From NCBI RefSeq assembly GCF_000015145.1, contig NC_008818.1:840001-872000 (forward strand): a DNA stretch of 32,000 bases, given 5' to 3'. The translations under genes and the position numbers were made by a program. Shown here one piece after another: positions 27,767 through 32,000 of this stretch. Position 1 is the first letter of the stretch. Every line of letters begins with the position of its first letter. The DNA is from Hyperthermus butylicus DSM 5456. Its GTDB lineage: Archaea > Thermoproteota > Thermoprotei_A > Sulfolobales > Pyrodictiaceae. The notes under the pieces are model-generated. The model saw nothing but the letters and a program-made list of their open reading frames with translations, did not search any database and was not told where the DNA came from.

Positions 27767-28519
27767 CTAGGGCTCGTAGTATATCCTGGGTTTTAGGCCG
27801 AGCTTCTCTAGTGCGTGTAGCCTACGCTTAACACTTGGGTATAGAACCATGTACTCAACCTCTAAACCCTCCACGACCTCAGCACCTGCGAACTCTGCAA
27901 TTCTCGAGACAAAGTTTGCCCAACACCGTTCATTCCCGAATGAAGCGAAGACAGCTACGTGGAAGTCTACACCACAATCTGCAAGGTTTTTCACAGCGTA
28001 GAGCTGATAGTTAAAGGCCTCTGGCTTTGCGGCTGTGAGCTTGCTAAATAGCTCCGCACTACAAGCCTTTATGGAGACTCTCACATGGAGATTACGGTAC
28101 TCCGCTAACTGGCATGCCTTCGACCGATCATAGCCTAGTATAATACCATTCGTTTCAAGGACGAAGATTAGGCCGCGCTCCCTCGAGAAGTAGTCTAGCA
28201 GTTCTGTTAGGTGGCTCCATCCTATTGTCGGCTCGCCGCCGGAGAGCCTTACGATTCTATATCCCCTACTCCTAGCGATACCGCGCAGCCTACGGTAGGC
28301 CTCGTGAGCAGTAACCCAGAAACCTATTGTAGGGTCATCTCTAGCTCTTCCGGACCAGCAAAAGACGCAGCGAAGGTTGCAGCCAACCACATCGCCTACT
28401 GCACTGCCGCCGTAGAACCTACTGCCCCTAAACCTAGAGTACTTGCGCTTGCTATTCTCAGCAACTCTCTTCTCTAATTCCAATCCAAGCTTTACCGGGT
28501 CAAACCCCCTAATCCTCAC
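27767..28519 (-). CDS. radical SAM protein
   Basis: CNLRCVFC (CxxxCxxC), LSGGEPTIG, FVLETNG. Confidence 0.93.
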   Translation of the reverse strand: MRIRGFDPVKLGLELEKRVAENSKRKYSRFRGSRFYGGSAVGDVVGCNLRCVFCWSGRARDDPTIGFWVTAHEAYRRLRGIARSRGYRIVRLSGGEPTIGWSHLTELLDYFSRERGLIFVLETNGIILGYDRSKACQLAEYRNLHVRVSIKACSAELFSKLTAAKPEAFNYQLYAVKNLADCGVDFHVAVFASFGNERCWANFVSRIAEFAGAEVVEGLEVEYMVLYPSVKRRLHALEKLGLKPRIYYEP

Positions 28520-28671
28520 GGCGCCATACTCCTCTATGCTACCAGTATAACTTTCTAAGCCCTTATTTTGCCGCTAGTACCGAATATTGTATGCTGGATG
28601 AGTGATAGAACCCCGGCTGACCGCGAGCTGGGCTGCAGAGGGGTGACGAGGTCCTATCCTGACTGACGCCT

Positions 28672-29568
28672 CTACACTAATACTATGTTCACGCTTCTTC
28701 TCGGTACGTTGAACGCCATAGATAGTACTGGGCAGACAGCAGTGAACAGCATTAGTGTTGGTGCTTCAAGAGGATTATTGTAGAAGTATAGGGTTTGCAA
28801 ACATCCCTTAACTATTACTAGTGAGGACTTTGATATCTGTTCGTATATGTGTTCATGTTCCTCCCTTATCACTGTTGCTGCATCACTTCCAATGTCTATA
28901 AGGTCTGTAAGGAGGCTTCCGAGGCCCAGCTCCTCCACATCGTTTACTGCTGCATAATCTTCAAAGCGTTTATTGCGTGCTACACCGATAACGTCTAAGC
29001 CATAGTCTTCGCGCAATATCTTGACCACTATGGCGTCATAGGGTAGCTCGAATACGGATGCAAACAGATAGTATACCACACCGCCAACCCTTGATATCTC
29101 CTTAAGCTTTTCAAGCACAGCCTCTGTGTCGTTACCGCCTATTCTAAAAGCAGAGCTAGCCGTAGCCAAATCCACAGCTGATGGTGGCTCCTCGAATACC
29201 TTGTCGGGGATGTTTAACGGCCTATATCCCGTTGCAAGTGCGGATATGAGTAGTGCTTTTGCAAGCTTTTCCTCGACGGGCTTCTCTGCAAGCGTCTCCT
29301 CCACAGATCTTGCCCTGGCCACTGCCTTGTCTATTGCAGCCTCTATTATCGCCTTATAGGGATCCAAGCCGTTGAGCAGTGTGCGGAGCCTGCGGTAGAG
29401 AACCGTTGCGAGAACAGCAGCCTCTATGTCAGGACCTATGTAGAGGTTTGCCGATTCAATAATCTCACGGAATATTGCTAGCCTCCTAACGTTATCCGAC
29501 TCTGCATGCTCAAGTTCTATAGCCCTCTTCATGAGATTGCATGCAACACAGTAGGGAACAATACGCAA
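28672..29568 (-). CDS. DUF89-family protein (damage-control phosphatase-like)
   Basis: N-terminal CVACNLMKRAIEL, LKEISRVGGVVYYLFASVFELPYDAIVVKI, and VIVKGCLQTLYFYNN pattern. Confidence 0.65.
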   Translation of the reverse strand: MRIVPYCVACNLMKRAIELEHAESDNVRRLAIFREIIESANLYIGPDIEAAVLATVLYRRLRTLLNGLDPYKAIIEAAIDKAVARARSVEETLAEKPVEEKLAKALLISALATGYRPLNIPDKVFEEPPSAVDLATASSAFRIGGNDTEAVLEKLKEISRVGGVVYYLFASVFELPYDAIVVKILREDYGLDVIGVARNKRFEDYAAVNDVEELGLGSLLTDLIDIGSDAATVIREEHEHIYEQISKSSLVIVKGCLQTLYFYNNPLEAPTLMLFTAVCPVLSMAFNVPRRSVNIVLV

Positions 29569-29765
29569 ACCACTTACACCCTTCCACCCTCCCGGTGATC
29601 CTCCAAAACCTGTACAAAAACACTGAAGAGCACTAAATCAACGTCACTCCGGAGAGTTTCTATCCTGGTACCCCCTTCCTCCCCTCCGGGCCTACGCCAC
29701 CCAGCTAAGCTCATGGGAAAAATATTCTTCGGGAAGGTATTTCGGAGACCATCACAATGCGGAGA

Positions 29766-30311
29766 CTAGCCCTCTGACTTGGATTTCTTAAACCTCTCTA
29801 TGGCCTCTGCTATCTTCCTCTTAGCCTCCTCAGGCCCCCTCCACTCCCTAACCTTAACCCACTTGCCTGGCTCTAGCTCCTTATAGTGCTCGAAGAAGTG
29901 CTTGATCTTCTCGCGGAGTATTTCTGGTAGATCTTCAACACTCTTTATGTTCTTGAAGCTTGGGTCCAGCTTATCCTTTGGCACTGCTATAACCTTGCTG
30001 TCCGGCCCCTCCTCATCCTCCATTACTAGGAGCCCTATTGGCCTAACCTCTATAATAGTACCCGGTAGCACCGGCTGGTTCGATATGACTAGCACATCTA
30101 CAGGATCACCATCCTCCTCCAAGGTGCCCGGTATGAAGCCATAGTTGAACGGGTAGACCATTGAGGTGTAGAGGAACCTATCTACACGAATAACCTCGGC
30201 CTCCTCGTCAAACTCGTACTTTACATTGCTACCCATGGGTATCTCTACTAGGACGTTGACTATATCGGGAGCCTTCTCACCAGGGCCTATTCTCTCGTGT
30301 ATGGAGGCCAT
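29766..30311 (-). CDS. ppa: inorganic pyrophosphatase (family I)
   Basis: [58 protein letters not shown]. Confidence 0.97.
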   Translation of the reverse strand: MASIHERIGPGEKAPDIVNVLVEIPMGSNVKYEFDEEAEVIRVDRFLYTSMVYPFNYGFIPGTLEEDGDPVDVLVISNQPVLPGTIIEVRPIGLLVMEDEEGPDSKVIAVPKDKLDPSFKNIKSVEDLPEILREKIKHFFEHYKELEPGKWVKVREWRGPEEAKRKIAEAIERFKKSKSEG

Positions 30312-30347
30312 TGTGTACCAGCCATGGTGTCTGGGCTCTATGCGCTA

Positions 30348-30358
30348 GTATAAATATA
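30348..30358. promoter_or_regulatory. TATA-box-like AT-rich element in the ppa/folE divergent intergenic region
   Basis: GTATAAATATA inside the 108 bp gap between the divergent starts. It lies about 60 nt upstream of the folE start and 40 nt upstream of the ppa start. Confidence 0.5.
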
Positions 30359-30419
30359 TTAGTTCTTGGCTTTGTTGTGCTCCAAGGGGCTGTAAGGAGA
30401 CATTACAGGGCCTAGTGGG

Positions 30420-31010
30420 GTGGCAGGCTTGCCCATCGATAAGGCTAAGATAGAGAAGGCTGTGAGAATGATCCTTGAGGCTATCGGGGAGGATCCAGAG
30501 CGTGAAGGGCTCCGTGAGACGCCGCGACGAGTTGCCGACATGTTTGAGGAGCTGCTTGAGGGCTATGACTTCACCGAAGAATACACATGGTTTACCGAGG
30601 CTACCGACCTGGTTGTGGTTAGCGGTATAAGGTTCTATAGTCTCTGCGAGCATCACCTGCTACCATTCTTCGGTGTAGCCCATGTAGCTTATCTTCCTCG
30701 CGGCAAGGTTATCGGTTTGAGTAAGATTGTGCGTATAGTTAACAAGTATTCTAGAAGGCTACAAATCCAGGAGCGTATGACTAAACAGATAGCTGATGAA
30801 ATCTCCAAGGCTACAGGCTCACCCGACGTGATGGTTATAACTGAGGCTGTACACCTCTGCATGGCTATGAGGGGTGTACGTAATGGGGCGCCAACTGTCG
30901 TAGCTGCAGTGCGGGGCGAATTTGAGCGCGACCAGAGCCTAAAGGAGGAGGTTTACAGGATTATAGAGCCACATAGACTGTCAAGGGTTATCGCGCTTAG
31001 CTTCTTCTAG
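30420..31010 (+). CDS. folE: GTP cyclohydrolase I
   Basis: [57 protein letters not shown]. Confidence 0.96.
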   Translation: MAGLPIDKAKIEKAVRMILEAIGEDPEREGLRETPRRVADMFEELLEGYDFTEEYTWFTEATDLVVVSGIRFYSLCEHHLLPFFGVAHVAYLPRGKVIGLSKIVRIVNKYSRRLQIQERMTKQIADEISKATGSPDVMVITEAVHLCMAMRGVRNGAPTVVAAVRGEFERDQSLKEEVYRIIEPHRLSRVIALSFF

Positions 31011-31461
31011 CCCGCTTTTCTCTTCCATTTCCACGTTTTAGCTCATACAATGCCATTACAAGACTTGCAACCACGTTATAGCTCATTCCTTCAACTCCAA
31101 CTGGTATGACGACCAAGTCACGTGGCTCTGGTATCTTCTCAAGAACCGTTCGGGGTATGCCGTAGTCCTCCGCGCCTATAATTAATGCTGTCTTCTCTGC
31201 AGGCTCTACCTCGGATAGCAGCTTGTCGCCGTAAACCTCCAGTACTATGTACTTGTCGGCGCTAGCTAGTTTTACAACCTCCTCAACAGAGTCTACAAAG
31301 ACCATATTGCTTCTTACATAGTCTGGCAAAGACTCTAGCCTGTAGTCGGTGCCTGGCCTACGCACAACGTAGAGTCTAGCGTTAGCACTATAAGCTATCA
31401 CTGCCACGTCCTGCAGGTTCTGGGGGTTTTTGGGATGGTAGAAGATGATGCTGAGTTCCAT
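30997..31461 (-). CDS. SPOUT/TrmH-family RNA methyltransferase
   Basis: N-terminal [14 protein letters not shown] and C-terminal [12 protein letters not shown]...[24 protein letters not shown]. Confidence 0.85.
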   Translation of the reverse strand: MELSIIFYHPKNPQNLQDVAVIAYSANARLYVVRRPGTDYRLESLPDYVRSNMVFVDSVEEVVKLASADKYIVLEVYGDKLLSEVEPAEKTALIIGAEDYGIPRTVLEKIPEPRDLVVIPVGVEGMSYNVVASLVMALYELKRGNGREKRARRS

Positions 31462-32000
31462 TTCGTCATCTACACCCCGCCATCACTATTTGACGCTGCA
31501 GTTATAGCCAGGACTATCTATGCAGGGCTAGGCGTTAAGCGTAACTGGCGTATACACATAGTGGGTGTTGGGAGCCGCATACCCATCAAGCTCCTCCTCG
31601 AGTCACGTATACCCATAGGTCTTGCACTTGAAAGAATCCGTACCAAGGAACCCCACATAGTGAGCGGCGAGGATGTTTACATAGTTGATAGCCGTGGCAG
31701 GCCCGCCTGGGAGTTCGGCAGAGAGCCTAGAGTTCTCGTAGTAGACTATAGCGGCGTATATGCTAGTCAGCTTGAGGATAAGAGAGCAGTACGTGTTCGC
31801 GGCTTGGGGCTTCAGAGCATAACCTATGAGGCTATCTCTGTCATCTACGAGTTCTTCATTAGGAGGATGTATGGAAAGAGGGGTGTCAAGCACATTACTG
31901 GCGACATACGGAGTGCTGTCTACCTTGCACGAAAACTTGTAGAGATAATGAGCAATTTTGACAATTACGTGCTGGTTGAACCGAATGCCGTCGTCTACGT
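31435..32000 (+). CDS. hypothetical protein, partial (runs off window end)
   Basis: Open frame from ATG 31435 ([33 protein letters not shown]...) to the window edge with no stop. Absent from the supplied track. Confidence 0.65.
   Translation, partial: MVEDDAEFHFVIYTPPSLFDAAVIARTIYAGLGVKRNWRIHIVGVGSRIPIKLLLESRIPIGLALERIRTKEPHIVSGEDVYIVDSRGRPAWEFGREPRVLVVDYSGVYASQLEDKRAVRVRGLGLQSITYEAISVIYEFFIRRMYGKRGVKHITGDIRSAVYLARKLVEIMSNFDNYVLVEPNAVVY

Noticed and set aside
28598-28666. ATGAGTG...CTGA...GTGACGA...CTGA pattern between the radical SAM and DUF89 genes, resembling another C/D RNA
   Set aside because: No terminal stem across the outer boxes, the second guide would be 9 or 13 nt, and both C-like boxes break the G at position 6 or the covariation rule.

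Overview
This is an ordinary-looking chromosomal window from a hyperthermophilic crenarchaeon. The gene content resembles Pyrodictiaceae/Desulfurococcales, possibly Hyperthermus, but taxonomy is inference only. Identified genes include XPF-type nuclease, an NSUN-family m5C methyltransferase, RNase HII, a ClC channel with CBS domains, an ABC-2 exporter, FkbM methyltransferase, ThyX, class II ribonucleotide reductase, a KaiC-like ATPase, a QueD-like protein, dCTP deaminase/dUTPase, a frameshifted 2-hydroxyacid dehydrogenase, glutamate dehydrogenase, a TGT-like protein, a radical SAM protein, a DUF89 protein, inorganic pyrophosphatase, FolE and a SPOUT methyltransferase. I see no rRNA, tRNA, CRISPR array or transposon. 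The most interesting signal is in the gaps between genes. Five intergenic elements read as box C/D guide RNAs (four on +, one on -). Each has a C' box GTGARGA exactly 11-12 nt before a D box. Four have a strong terminal stem, and several have a hairpin between D' and C'. The boxes are non-canonical and covary: when the C box is RTGAGG(A/C) the D box is CCGA (G-C), and when the C box is GTGATG(A/T) the D box is CTGA (U.U). Two further candidates with canonical outer boxes sit directly downstream of two of these elements, giving two tandem pairs. Other points of interest are an EPSP-synthase-fold protein lacking the usual catalytic motifs, a TGT/DpdA-like paralog beside a possible palm-domain protein, a QueD-like protein lacking its first zinc-ligand histidine, and a dehydrogenase broken by two closely spaced frameshifts.
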